Of a stretch of DNA of 64,000 nt, positions 38,613 to 52,552 are shown one piece after another. The notes beneath the pieces were generated by a model. The model did no database searches, was not told the DNA's origin, and saw nothing but the letters and a program-made list of their open reading frames with translations. Made by a program: the position numbers and the translations under genes. Source of the DNA: Chrysomallon squamiferum (lineage: Eukaryota > Animalia > Mollusca); assembly GCA_012295275.1 (NCBI GenBank), contig CM022675.1, positions 10,044,001-10,108,000 on the forward strand, given 5' to 3'. Numbering within the stretch: position 1 is the first letter of the stretch; each line of letters opens with the position of its first letter.

Positions 38613-39728
38613 ATTACACAAATGTATCGGCTATCTCTTATTAAATAATATACCTTCGTTTTTTTTTCGTTTTTTTAGATTTCTTTTTCATTTCATTTGA
38701 TCATCTGATCTCGATATTTGTTTGGTGCTATTTATAAATAGTTGTTGATGCATTTTCTTTTTATTATTTCTATCTGCTCTACATTCCTTTTGTTCAAGCT
38801 AATTAAATAGAAATTATTTTGTATCTTTTTGTTTCTGCTTGTTTTGTATCATCAAACATTGTCTATAAAATATCTGTTATTTAGATCAGTTGTTTTTTGT
38901 TGTAAATAATAATAAAAAAATAAATAAACTTAATAACTAATTAACTAAATAAATAAGTAAATAAACAAACCAAATAAAGCAATAAATTTAAATAAATAAA
39001 TAAATAATACAACAATAACTAGATTGCAAACAAATTGTTTATATAGTTTGTGTCATTAAAGTACTTGTTCAGTTTTTGCAGACATTATTTAGGTTATGTG
39101 ATACTGATGAGAAGTTCCTCAAACAATTGTACCCAAAATTTCTAAATTAAAGTGATCAATCATGACCATCACTGAATGGAAATTTGGTACATTAAAAAAA
39201 AAGTTTTGAATCAGCAAAAAATACTGCCCTCCCATTAACATGTTCTCTCTCTTAGTTTCATTCATTCTTATATTACTGATGTAATTTCTTTTGTTATTTA
39301 AACATTTGCATGTTTTATTCTTCATCTGGAGGTGTCATTTGATGCAATTTCAAATGTTCATTTTGACTAATTGAAATTCTTTTTAAATATTATAATTTAC
39401 TTTTGTTGAAATAAAATTTCTTCTTTATGAATCCAAAATTCCTGGCAATCTTTTTTTTTTTTTTTTTTTTAAATTTCTATAAAATTTCTTCATTACTAGA
39501 TAGCAAATATTTGTAATTCATGTAATATCTCATTTGAATTTGATTTATAATTTATTGATATCAGTATTATGTAATTTGCATATCAGTTTTCATTTTACTT
39601 TATTTCAGTTTGCTTAGATGATTAAATATTTGAAATTAAATATTAGTGTTATTTTAATGATGTAGGTGAATACTATTTTCACAGAATAAATAAATCAAAT
39701 GATAAAAATAATGAATACTACTAACACT

Positions 39729-39735
39729 GATGATG

Positions 39736-39815
<80 letters not shown>
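39729..39815. repeat. (AAT)n microsatellite
   Basis: Read directly. Confidence 0.95.
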
Positions 39816-39816
<1 letters not shown>

Positions 39817-40782
39817 TGACAATGGTAATAATAATAATGCTTCTATTAATATTTCTCCTACTACTACTACTACTATTACCACTAATGAACAAATAAATTA
39901 TGATATTAAAAAAAGAGAAAAAACTGTAAATAGTATATTATTTATGTGTTCTTATTGTCTTTTGCGATTGTTATGTTACAGCTAATCAGTGCTTATGTTT
40001 ATGTGTTGTATATGGTTTGTTATGTTTTCCTGTTTTGTGTTGTATATGCTTAATTTCATGTGCTCCTGTTTATGGTTTATCTGCTTTTCATTTGTAAATG
40101 GTTCTTATTTAGTTGTATTCATCTGTTAATGTTTTCATATAGATTATGCACAGTTTTTATTCATAACAATGTATATAAACCCATGTATCTTTCCAGCTAT
40201 ATTTAAAACGGAAACAGGGTTTTTTTGTGTCATAAACTTTTAAGTAGAAAGACTAGTACTTATTTCTATATATTACTGTTTTTAAGGATTGTTTGCAATA
40301 ATAAAATCTGAAACAGCAATTCTGTTTTTGTTTTTCCTTGGCCTTTTAATATTTATTTTGCTTTCATTTTGTTAATTAATCTTATTTGTACGATTATTAT
40401 TGTTGTTATTGTTTTTATTATTTGTTGTTTCATTTTGTTTATTTTGTTTCCATTATTTACTTAAATTTTCAGTTTGATTTTGATTTTATATATTATAGGT
40501 TTTTTCTTTTGTCTGAAGGGCATTTTTATTATATTTAAAAAAAATATATATTTAATATAAAAAGATCTAATTGTTTACTGATATGTTAGTAAAAAAAAAA
40601 GAAAGAATAATACAGTAAGATATTTTTACATTTTATTTAATGTAATAAAACTATGAACAAAATGTTTTCAACTGGTGACAATTTTGTTTGTTGCAGTCCA
40701 TCTACACTAGTTTTTTTTTATAAAAAATATTAGTGTTTTCTTTTTTTTTTTTTTTTTTTTTTTACTAAATTTAATACAAGCA

Positions 40783-41592
40783 TCAACTTTCAGTTCTTTG
40801 AGTCAAATACTCTCTGAGAAACTTTTCAGCTTTATTTCGATTGTTTACTTTGTTTATTTTTCCACGATATTTTCTTTGATATCCTGCACCTTTGCCTTCC
40901 ATAATATCACAGATTCTGAAAAAAAAAAAAAAAAACATAATTGTACACATTCATATTCATAAAATAAGATTTACAAATATGAAATTAGATCTATTATCAG
41001 GGATTAAGAAACATTGTAATGGATACAGAGTTCTGAAAAAATGTTCATATTCCTTTTGTTGTAAGACTTATTTTGATACAATTCCAATCTCAAAAGCATG
41101 TGGTTGCAAAGATAAGCTTTGTGGAATACTGATAATCATGGAAAAATCTGTTACAAATTTCGATGATCTTTTAAAAAACAGGACTTAGTGTTTTGGGGAG
41201 GTGCTGATATACATAAATGTTCATGTTCATTATGTCATAAGCTTCATTTTCATTCCACTCACATTTCCATAGAACACACAGTTCTAAAAATACACCCAAG
41301 TTGAACATTCTGAGCAAACAACTCACTTATTTCAATTCAGAATACAGGACAAAATTCTAGATTTTTTAAAAACAAATCAGAATGCTCAAATTCAAATTTT
41401 ACATGGCATATTAGGCTGTCTTACATATCACTGATTTTCAGAAATAAAATATTGAGCACTGGCTAGATTGTGAAATCTATATTCATATTTATTATTATTG
41501 TTATTATTTTATTATTGTTTTGAACATTATTATTATTTTTATTATTATTATTAATATGATTACTATTATTATTATTATTATTATTATTAATA

Positions 41593-41635
<43 letters not shown>

Positions 41636-43048
41636 AAATAAAATAAAATAAAATATTCCTACTTTGGTCCTAATTCCTGCACTAAGTCTTCCTGGGCACA
41701 CAACAGGAAATTCCCTGGTCCTTTCTCATCACCAACAGTTACAAAACAAACAACATTCTACAAAGACAAAACAAAATATTATTTAAATAATTAAAGTTTC
41801 TCTTTTCATTAGATTCTTAATTTCAGTTGGATAATAATAATAATAATAATAATACATACATACATAAATAAATAAAGATGTTTCTTTGTATTGAATACTA
41901 CTACAACCAAAAAGGAAATAATAAAAGTTTTCTTTAATAACAAGAAGAAGAAGAAGAAGAAGAAGAAGAAGAAGATTTTGTACATAAATAACTTTATCTT
42001 TTATTTTCTTCACCAAAAAGATATTCATAAAGTTTGGGTCACCCTCCTTTTTGAAAATTATAAAATTTGATTCTATAGAACTGAAAATCATAAAATTTAT
42101 TCATTTTAAAAATAAGTAAATATATATACTTTATTATTTGTAAAGCTTGGTTTTCAATATAACAAACACTGAATATATGTAAATATTATCAAATTAAGTT
42201 CTGTATAATTTATTTTAACCATAGTGTTTTAAAAAATATTTAAAAGTAAAGGAAAATTAAATCCTTTATTATTAGCAAAGTTTTCTATAAAATAAACAAA
42301 TCATTTGGGATTCAGAATATACATGAACATTATGAAGTTCTGTTCTGTAAAATGTCGATATTTTGACTTTGTTCTTAGGAAAGGATGGGCTATAAAAATC
42401 ACTTAAAAGTCTGTATAATAAAAAAAATGTGTTCTTATGAAATTCATTCAAATAAGTGAACGAGAGATCATGCCACAAGTTTCCAGTGTCATATCCAGGC
42501 TTGATTCAGATTAAAGACATGAATATTATAAAATGAGTGAAATATTTAACATCAGTCTTAATAACCTGTAATGAACAAAAAGTGAATCCTCGGTTGGCTC
42601 AGAATTAAACTTGTAGGCTTCTAAGACAGCCAGATCTTTAAGCAGACTGTTGACACTCTGAAATATAACCAAAATGTTGTTTTAATTATTGTAAAATGTA
42701 GGGGGAGAGTTTGAATTTTATCATCTTATGAAAAAGTTTTTTTTTTAAAAGAATGGAAATAATTATAAACAACAAAATAACAAATGGCAAGTCTTGTATA
42801 AATTACTGTTTATTGTTTCCATCAATAATGTCATTTGTAAATTTTGGGTAATATAATCAAAACATTAATTATTGTAAAATTGAGTGAACAGTTTCTGTGT
42901 AATGGGCACTACATTTGCTCATCTTGTTTTCATAATAGGTGAACTTACTTTCTGGGCCATTTTCCATCCCTTGACTGCCTTTTCTGCCAGCTGAACCTGA
43001 TCATCTAGAGGACCCCTGAAAATTATATTTATTTGTTTCTTATTAATT

Positions 43049-43091
<43 letters not shown>

Positions 43092-45977
43092 TTCATTCAT
43101 TCATTCAGTTGGTTAGTTAGTTAGTTAGTTATTAATTAATCAGTCAGTTAATTAATTCATTTAATTTTATTTATTTTATTTTATTCATTCTGTATTAATT
43201 AATTTTTTTATTTATTTAGGGAACTCATTACATACATGGCTAAATTAAACATAGTTTCTGTTATCAACTTATTTAATTTTTTTAAATATTTTTAATTCTT
43301 AAATATGATGTAAAATACATAAATAAAATTCCTGATATTAAATAAGTAAATAAATAACTTAATAACAAAATAAATAAAAATTGATAAATAAATAACTAAA
43401 AAAAAAAAAAAAAAAAAAAAAGAAACAAACATATGTGCAAGTAAATAAATAAAATAAAATTTTGAAAAAAAAAAAAAAAAAAAAAAAATAAAATAAAAAA
43501 AAAAAAATAAAATAAAATAAAATAAAATAAAATAAAATAGAAACAAAATAAAAAATAAATCAGAAAAACCACTACATGAAAATCAAACAAATGACTGTTT
43601 TGAAAATGTGAAAACCACTGGCAACATGAAAAATCATTAACAAATGACATTTAAAAAAAAAATGTATGCATAATAACACAAACTCACTTTAGCACTCCTG
43701 TAAGAGCTTTCTCCACCTCACAGCACCTCCCTAGATACGCCAGAACTCTGTGCCCCACCACAAAATACAAGTTTGTCTTCCCTTTTTTACCTTTCTCTGT
43801 ATACAGAAGTTTAATAGTCTGCACAAATAATTAAAACATTGCTTCGTTATAATCACTGTCTACAAGCTAAATGGTGACAAAGCTTTTTGTATGTATTAAC
43901 ATTTGAGGTTTATTTATATTTTTATTTTAATGTATCATGTCATAAGAGTTTGAGAAAGAAGACAAAATAGATAAATAAATAATTTAAGAAAGGTGGATAT
44001 ATTAAAAATATTTTTTTTTTTTTTGTTCAATTAATTTTAAGACTTAACCAATACATTTTAAAATTTTCTGACAAAATAAAAACAGATAAAGATTCCTGTT
44101 GGCTATAAATTAAAACTGCAAAAAAAAAAAAATATTTAGAAATGATACATAAAAACTATTTGGAACATTTTTCATTTCTTTATTTTATTATTATTTTTAA
44201 ATGGCAAAATTAAAATGATTCAGATGTGGCTTAATGAAACTATGTACAAATTTCTAAATAATTTCTTTTGAATTTCACTTAAGAAATACTGTGAACTTCT
44301 AATCCCAATCCTGTACTAAAGGAACAGTTTAATGTTAAAATGTGTCTGATGAAGTTAGACAACTACCTGAAGATGGGACAGATTTTTGACATGGGTTCCA
44401 CAACACATGTTTGAGTCAATGCCATTATCGATGTTTATAACACGAATGTCACCTTCAACATCTACTGGCAGACCTCTTGTTTCTATCTGAAACAGATAAC
44501 AATCAGTAGAAAATTACAAGAACAAGAATTTTAATTTGTTTAAACTTAACTAAAAATAAACCAAATGAAATGAAATTAAATAAAATAAAACAAGAAAGTA
44601 AATGAATGGAGAGAAAAAAGAAAGAAGGTAATATAAAAAAGGTAAAAAAAAAAAAAAAAAAAAAAATGAATAAATGACAGAAACAAAAATAAAAATTAAA
44701 AATATCCAAAGAAAAGAAGAAACAAGAAATGAAATAAAGTAAAAAAAAGCAAACATAACAAAGAAATGACAAGACAAAGAAATCTCCAGGACAACAACAA
44801 CTTCTTCAGACCTGTTTAAACTCTGGATCTTCTTTTTTGAAGACAGACACAGTGACTGGAATTGCCTCCCTTATTTTCTCGTTTGCTATTTCTTCAAGTT
44901 CTTGCAGCTGATTCTGTGTCATCTTTGTTGTATCCAACTCAACAAATGAAACTTTGAGGCCAAGATTCCTGTTTCCAATTTAAACAAACAGTTTTAAATA
45001 AATACAGGAAAAATATTCACAAACCAAAAATTTTTAAACTGTTTCACTGTTAAAAGGAGGTTAACATAATCTACTGGGGATTTTTTTTTTTTTTTTTTCA
45101 CTTTAACTCTTGTCTACCATAAGAGAAAATAATTATATTTAAATGTTGTATTTAATCTGATAATGCATCCTTCAAAAACATTAATGATTCTGGTTTTAGT
45201 ATTTTAAATAAGTAATACAATTTTGTGCCATAGAGAATAATTTTACCAATAAATAAATTATAAAACTTAATAAATAGGAGAGCTTCAAAAAAGGGAAGAC
45301 AATCTAGTACTTACCAGGAAGTGGTGGAAAATCCATAGAGAGTTTCTGCTAAAGCACTAATCAAATGTTGGCCTTCGAAAATAAATAAATAAAAAAAAAA
45401 TCAAAAAAATAAAAAAAATAAAAAATGAAAATAAAAAAATGAAAACAAAAATATAAAAAATAAATTTATAAAATAAAATAAAATAAAATAAAATAATGTT
45501 ATAAATAAATCACTGAATTTTATTTTAATAATAATTATTATTTTAGTTACTAGGTGTCAATTATGTTTTTTCCTAATGAAAAAGTGTAAAAAGACATTTT
45601 ACAGTTTCAAATCATTGAACTGATCTTTTGTGATAAATGTGAGGTTATATTACATTTGTACATAGCTTCATGAAGAAAACCATATACTATGTCATGTTAT
45701 TTGAAGAGCATTAGCGAGAACTGGAAATGCAATGAAACTACTTTAAATAGCAAAAAAATATTTATTTAAACCTGAATGCTGCTGCATATGGTCAAATCTT
45801 CTTGTCCAATCAACACAGAGATCTACTGTTGTCCCAGGCAACAACTCTTCTTTGATGAAATTGACTGGAACCCATCCTTTTTTTGTGACTTGCAAAACCT
45901 CAAAACCATTAATCTGAAATAAATAAATAAATAATAAAATTAACAAACAAAAACAAAAACAAAAACAAACATACAAA

Positions 45978-46060
<83 letters not shown>

Positions 46061-49000
46061 TTAAAAAATCCCATTTCTTTCAGAGCTATTCAGATTAGAC
46101 TTTTTTTAAACATTTCATTATTTATATTTCTTTTCATTTTAAACAGTTATTTTGAAATTTTTTAATAAAATAAATAATCATAATGATAAAAACTGAATAT
46201 ATTAACATTAATATAAACAATGATTAAAAATTAACAACAACATCAATGACAGCAGCAGCAACAGCAACAATAATAACAATACTTACAGTGCCTCGATCAT
46301 CAGGCTAAAAAAAAGAAAGATAAAAATGTATTAAATATGAGACAAATCTCAATTAATCCAAATCACTAACCTTTGTTAATAATAAAGTTATCATGTTATA
46401 AATTAAGGACAAGTCATTTTTAATTTTAAAAGATGCCATTTTATACTTGAAAATATGTTAAAAAAGACAGCAGATGATACTGCAGTTTTGCAGTTTTTAA
46501 AAAAGGAATTTTTCTTTTATATATCTTTATTATGACTATTATCATTATTGTTTTTGCTACATGATATCATGATAAAAAGAGAAAATATCAACCTCCATGC
46601 CTCTTCCTAAGATTACTATTGCATCTGTCCTGAACTATTTATAGAATATAAGGTCATTGTATTCTCTGCTATAATTATTTACTGTACTAATACTGTCAGG
46701 GGCAGACAATCCAAGATCAGTCTGGGAAAGTTGCTGGTTAAGCTATCACCTTTGAAACTTGTATGTTTTCCAAAAGAGAAAAGGAAGAAAAAGAAATATT
46801 TTATTTAAAAACTTACTTGAAAAACATTTTAAAACTGCAGTTATATCAACCATGCACATTGGTAATGGACTTGGAAATAATGAACAAAACTTGGAGGAAC
46901 CATATGATAGAATACTTTGGTTTTTTTCTACAATCAGCACAAAGGGGTTTTGTATATTCACCTTCCCGTAAACATGAAAACACAAATCGTGTTCTCTGAT
47001 AAACCAGTTGTGGAGCACTTGCAGAAGCACTGGGAAAAACGACAATGATGCTTTGAAAGGGACTGATTCTGTGACTTTATCATGTCCTAGACAAGTGTTC
47101 TAACCAATGAGCTGTAGCACAACCTAGAATGTTTGTATGTTCTGGAATACCAGCTGGAGAGGGGAAGGCACTATATAATTTGTCCACAGTTTCTACACAA
47201 TACTTCAATAGAAATTTATGCACAGTTTTAAAGTTTATAATGAATATAAATATTTACATCCAAAAGGTGACTAAATCCTTCATTTGATTGTAGAGGCTCA
47301 TGTACTTCAAATGACTGATTAATTAATAAATGTACCATGTATCCATGCATTCACATCCTTGTTTAATAAACCTTGACAAAATACATTAAAAAATTATTTG
47401 CCTTTATTTCTGATTTCCTGTGAAGAACTAAGTGGGAAACCATAAACATTAATAACATAATTATGTTTGACATTATTACTTAACGAAATTTACTAAATCC
47501 TAAACCTTTTAAAAAAATCAGGTGAGGTAATTATTGTGACTTCACTGTACATAAACTTCAGGCATTTTGGTAATGGATTATCAAGCTGTACGTTGACGTT
47601 AAACATAAAACATTAAACATTAAAATACCTGCCCTCCTCCCTCAGGAAAGAGAATGGTATCTTCCAGAATGATTTCAAAACCATTAACAGTTTCTGGCTT
47701 CCCGTTTGATGTAATTTTTCTTTGTGCAGGTGTACATGATACAACCTTGGATGTCAGCTGAAGTTACAAAATATCTGTTATTAGATATTAATATATATAT
47801 ATATAGTCACAGACAGACAGACACACATACATAAATTACATACATGCATACATACATAGAAACACATGCATACAAAAATATATACACATAGACATACATC
47901 CATACATGCATACATATGTACATACATACATACACACATAAATACGTACAAATATCCATCCACAGCCACACACACACAGACACAGACACAGACACATATT
48001 TAGAAAAATGTCTGCTCTCAGATATTAAGTATCAAGTATACATACAGAGATCTCTCTCTCATGAGTAAGTCAAGTCTATTTTTATTTATTAAACTTTTTC
48101 TGTCTCACTTTCTCATTATGACTGTTATAGATAACTAACAGCAAGATACCATTGTTACCTATCAAAATTATTTTTGTGGACTTGTTTAGGGTTTAGAAAA
48201 AAACAAAATGACTGGAAAAAAAGAAGAAAGAAATGGCATTAAAAAAAAAAAAGCGATTTTATTATTGATACAACACTTGGGATACATATTATATGAATGA
48301 AAACTTCAGATGTATAATTTTAAAGTACTTCTGAGTGTAAAATTTGGTATGATACAGCTTTTGTGCATTTACTATTTTTCACTATTACATTATATATATA
48401 AAAAAAGGTTTCCAAAATATGTCATTATTTCCAGTGTGTATTATGTAAAATAATTTATATACACTGAAACTGTTTTTATTTATTGCTTTTTGGTAGATGA
48501 AACACTGTAAAATGTAATAAAAATTTAATCTTACAGTTTTATGATTCCTTTATTATTTTGTTTAAGTTCAATATCTAATAAAAAATAAAAAAATAAATAA
48601 AAAATAAAAATTGTTGTTCTCTTAATGTGTAAGTCAATCTATGATGATTTATATTATGGAAATTAAAAATGTTGACTATGTTCATGAATGTTCCTTTTAC
48701 TGAATTACTGAATATTGTTTCTCAGTTTTATTGGATTTTAATTTTTTTTATTTTATAACAATTTTTGCTTTGTTAGGCCATAAAAGCCACACATTAAATA
48801 AACCATTACATTTTACATCTTGACGTAAAGTTGATTAAACCTGAAGATCTAAAGGTTTTATTCTTTCAGTGTGTCATGTGTTAAAAAAAATAATATTATA
48901 TATAGTACCAATTATTCCTCGTACACTAAATATTTCTTTTCTTTTGTTCTTTCTTTCTTTGTTTCTTTTTTTTAAAACTTTTTTTTACATAAGTTTTATT

Positions 49001-49180
49001 AACTTGATAATTTATTCATTATTAATTAGTTAATATTATTGGTTTCTCTCTCCGCACGTGGAAGATATAAAAGTAGCCACAACAAATCGTGTTGACCGGT
49101 ATCATTGTGACTGTCTTGATTTAAGCTATAAATTATATTACCTTTTTCACATAGGAATCTTTCTGATAAGCATATGACAT
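40783..49180 (-). CDS. AARSD1: Alanyl-tRNA editing protein Aarsd1 (AlaX), ~412 aa
   Basis: 13 exons: 49180-49142, 47757-47629, 46304-46287, 45913-45772, 45372-45315, 44968-44812, 44486-44367, 43818-43688, 43015-42949, 42657-42566, 42050-41993, 41757-41663, 40915-40783 (1239 nt). Motifs: QKDSY, LEDTILFPEGGGQPDDRGTI, VDWTRRFDHMQQHSGQHLISA (Zn HxxxH), IDSNMCCGTHV (CxxxH), TVGDEKG, EGKGAG. The exon 11 acceptor reads CAA rather than CAG. Confidence 0.95.
45974..46060. repeat. (AAAT)n/(AAT)n microsatellite
   Basis: Read directly. Confidence 0.9.
46775..47124 (-). mobile_element. Degenerate tRNA-derived SINE with a Deu/Nin-like core
   Basis: Minus strand: tRNA-like head with an A-box-like ACAGCTCATTGGTTAGAAC, core CAAGTGCTCCACAACTGGTTTATC...GGGAAGGTGAATATACAAAACCCCTT, and tail TTAAATAAAATATTTCTTTTTCTTCC. 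It matches from memory an abundant gastropod SINE family; not database-verified. Confidence 0.75.
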
Positions 49181-49710
49181 CGTCTTCCAATTAAGGGTTT
49201 ACACAGTACAAACAACAACAGCAAACAGTCAGATAAATAAAATAAAAATGAATGTTTTTAGACTAATTCACAGTCATTTATTTAACTTCCTGCGAAGAAC
49301 CAAAGAAGAGAAAAAGCAGTTTTGTCAGTAAAATTAATAGCAAAAAATTACGTTTAAAATAAAAACACTGGCTTTTGATAAACAAGTCAATAAAAATATA
49401 AGTAACTGGGTTATAGAGACTTTTATTGATTTATTCTTTCTAGCTATGAAATTATTATAGTTATGCTTTGACGTCATTATATCGTGGGTACTTTTGGGAA
49501 TGCATTTTGGAAATCACCGACAATAGATGTCGCTGAAGCCATACGTATAATATTGACATGCGCAGTGAAGCTGCGGCCATGTTGACGAATAAATATATGC
49601 AAAATTGATTATTTTCATAATTTTTAGCAATGGATTGGATAAATATGTCATATATACAATTTAAAAATATGGAAGAAATTAGCAAAGATGTTAATACAGA
49701 ATGTAAACTG
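49181..49710. promoter_or_regulatory. Bidirectional promoter for AARSD1 and the MBD5-like gene, plus a probable first 5'UTR exon of MBD5
   Basis: Locally CpG-retaining. CRE TGACGTCA at 49469-49476. YY1-like GCGGCCATGTTG at 49573-49584. Strong donor CTG|GTAAGC at 49710/49711, with a matching acceptor TTTCAG at 55651 upstream of the MBD5 ATG. Confidence 0.6.
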
Positions 49711-51200
49711 GTAAGCCTGCTTGATTGTAGCCATAATAGTGTCAAAACTGTTGCCTACCTTGTCGGGCACCTGTCGCATTTTTATTTTTTAATTTTTAAT
49801 TTTTTTTTACTTTCTAGATTCAAAACGTCCCGTTTCTTCCATTCTTCAGTATTTAAATTTAAGTCATTATGCCCAATTTACTGGAAGTAAAATAGTGTCG
49901 ACGTGTGTTGAGGTCTGTTGTCATTAAATAGATGTTAAAAATTTGTCCTGAACTACATTTTAATCAACAAGTTGAACCGTCTCCTTCGGTGTGTTTGACA
50001 GGAGACTGAGTAATTCGAATAAAAAATAAGCATACTACGTAGATTTACAACTCGGTCGATTCACGAAGCATATAGTTTTATTTTGAACAGTTTAACACAT
50101 TTGTTAGTACATTAATTTGATACATAAATCTAATAAAACTTTTCTGCACGAGATCATAATAAACAAAACTGACCATGCTGTTACAATTTGGAGACCTTAT
50201 ACTGTTATGGCTTATGTAATCTATCTTTCCTTCATTTTTCCTCCCTTGTTTAAATAATAATAATAATATATTGAAAGGCAACAGACTGTATAGATATGAC
50301 AGTTTATTAACATGAAATATATCTTAAAGTTGTTGATATTTAGCATTGGCTCATGTTTCATGATGTTATGTCATTTTTCTTCACATTACTTGTAAAAGAT
50401 TTGTTCATGAAGAAATTGATTTTATCAATATTGTTTTGGCATGATAAAAATAAAAATTGTTGTTGTAAATTATCTAAGTAAACAGAAAAGAATATCATCT
50501 TCAGAATAATATTTATGCATAGTATATTATAAGGGGGTGTGGTCAGATATTTGACAGTTCTTTTTATTAATATTTTATACTTACTCTTTGTAAATGGAAT
50601 TAATGAATGTTCAATATTTTACATTTAACTGAGTTATCTATTCTTTTCAGTTTCATTTCAGTACTGTAGGTGTTTATAAATGAGTGTACGTCAGATTTTC
50701 ATATTTCTAAAAATTTTAAGATTTTTGATTAACGTATTAATACTTCCATTCCATTTTAATTTACAGTCAACATATTTGCATATTAGAATGAAATGGTTAT
50801 GTCCATCCAGTCATTTCTGCCGAATGGCTAAGCCAAATTTCAGTGTAAAAATTTAATTATTTCAATGTGCTTGTATCTTGAGTTGATTTTAGTGAACATT
50901 TTTCTTATTGGCATCCTGTAGACCAGACATTATTTATAATTATTCACAATATGGATTTCATTTGTTATGTAGCAAGTGTAATATAATAATCAGATCAGAA
51001 AAGATGCTAAAATGGACAACTTGTCTGCATTACTGATAAGAATTTATTCTTTTATGTCTAGTTTTAATGTTTATAGTGACTGACTGCTCAGTAACTTTCC
51101 AGTTTGAACTAGTTTTTAAAATTTTATTTTTACCCTTATGGTAATACACACAGTTTGTGGTATTAAGATACGTTTTCATATACAAAAAATTATTGATACA

Positions 51201-52552
51201 TATATATTACAGTTAATTTGTATAATCAGGTAATATATACATACATATATATATATGACAAAATCAGGTTACATATTATTTGAAATACACTTACCTAATT
51301 TATACAGATTACCTGAAATGTGCAGAATAGTATTGTAAGCTTGTTATTTGACTGAAAGAATAACTATGATATGCATGATATTGACAAGTCTTTAGATCAG
51401 TGATTTTGACTACCTATAACCATGTAACAAAACATCTTCTTATATACTCAAGAGGCCATGGAGACTGTAAATTGGTAAATAAACCATTGTCCGTCTATAA
51501 ACAAAACTTGTATGAACACGAACAGGCCATGTTCATTACATACACTGGTATTTCAGTGGACAGGTTATTTCGACCAGTTGGGAATCCTGTCTGTAGAGCA
51601 AAATAAAGTTCTACCAGCCCTGCTGGACAAAAATGGGATTGCTTCTCTGTATAGTGACAATGCAATGGTAGGATTAACATCATTTAATCTGCCTCAAGAT
51701 ATCATTGCAAACATGAGACGACGACCTGTCTGCAGTATCCCATCCAAACCCAGTCTAGCGATGCAGCGAGGAGGCAGAAGCTGTACCTGTGTCACACATC
51801 TGTGTACGTCAGGAGGTTACTTAGCAGCAGCAGAGAGAGAGAGAGAGAGCATGCCAGAGATGCCCATTCCTTCAGTTGACAGAGGATGTGCAGATCCTAG
51901 GAACATCATTGGAGTTGTGACAGAGTTTACTGACAACGAGTTGTACACAGTTGTCGTAAAAAGGAGTAATATTGGATCGAAAGTACAGAAACCAATTTAA
52001 TGTGTGTTCTGTGATCTTGTATTCACCTGATGATGTTTGGTACAGATAAGGACATTTCCCTGCGTCAAGTTGTGCAGCTGCAGTCAAGATGCAGTGGACA
52101 AGGTTTAACAAGATGTAACTGGGCTGGAAGCAAGAGGTGTTAGACACATTGATGTAAATGCTTCAACACCAGATTAAAGTGCACTTCCTAGTGCCATTCC
52201 AGCCTGCCATGCATAAACAGGAACCGTTGTTGATGAGAACGTCAGTAAAGATTGCCAGCATATTTACTGTTTATGGTTAATCTTTCACTCAAATAACAAT
52301 GTTGTCAATACTATTCTGCACCTTTCAAGTAATCTGTATAAATTAGTTTGTATAGTATCAGGTAATATGTATATTACCTGATTTTTTTTCAGATAATATA
52401 CATATTACCTGAGTGAAACAGATAATATGTATATTACCTGATTTTTTTCAGATAATATACATATTACCCAAGTGAAACAGATAATATATGTATTAGCTGA
52501 AAAAAAAAATTATTATATTACCTGATTATACAGATTAACCGTAAAATATACA
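51201..52552 (+). mobile_element. Decayed, internally deleted Ginger2/KRBA2-SCAND3-type integrase DNA transposon with long TIRs
   Basis: TIR TTACAGTTAATTTGTATAATCAGGTAATAT (51207-) vs rc TTACGGTTAATCTGTATAATCAGGTAATAT (-52543). Inner TIR CTAATTTATACAGATTACCTGAAATGTGCAGAATAGTATTG vs rc of ~52306-52346. Remnant peptides IPSVDRGCADPRNIIGVV..LYTV and DISLRQ..SGQGLTRCN..KRC*..CKC..C..*CHSSLPCIN, typical of the C-terminus of this integrase family, with stops and frameshifts. Confidence 0.8.

Noticed and set aside
47050-47124. tRNA-like sequence on the minus strand
   Set aside because: No intact cloverleaf or B-box. It is the head of a SINE.
51400-52147. 162-aa ORF as a functional nested gene
   Set aside because: It is a frameshifted, stop-containing transposase remnant between TIRs.
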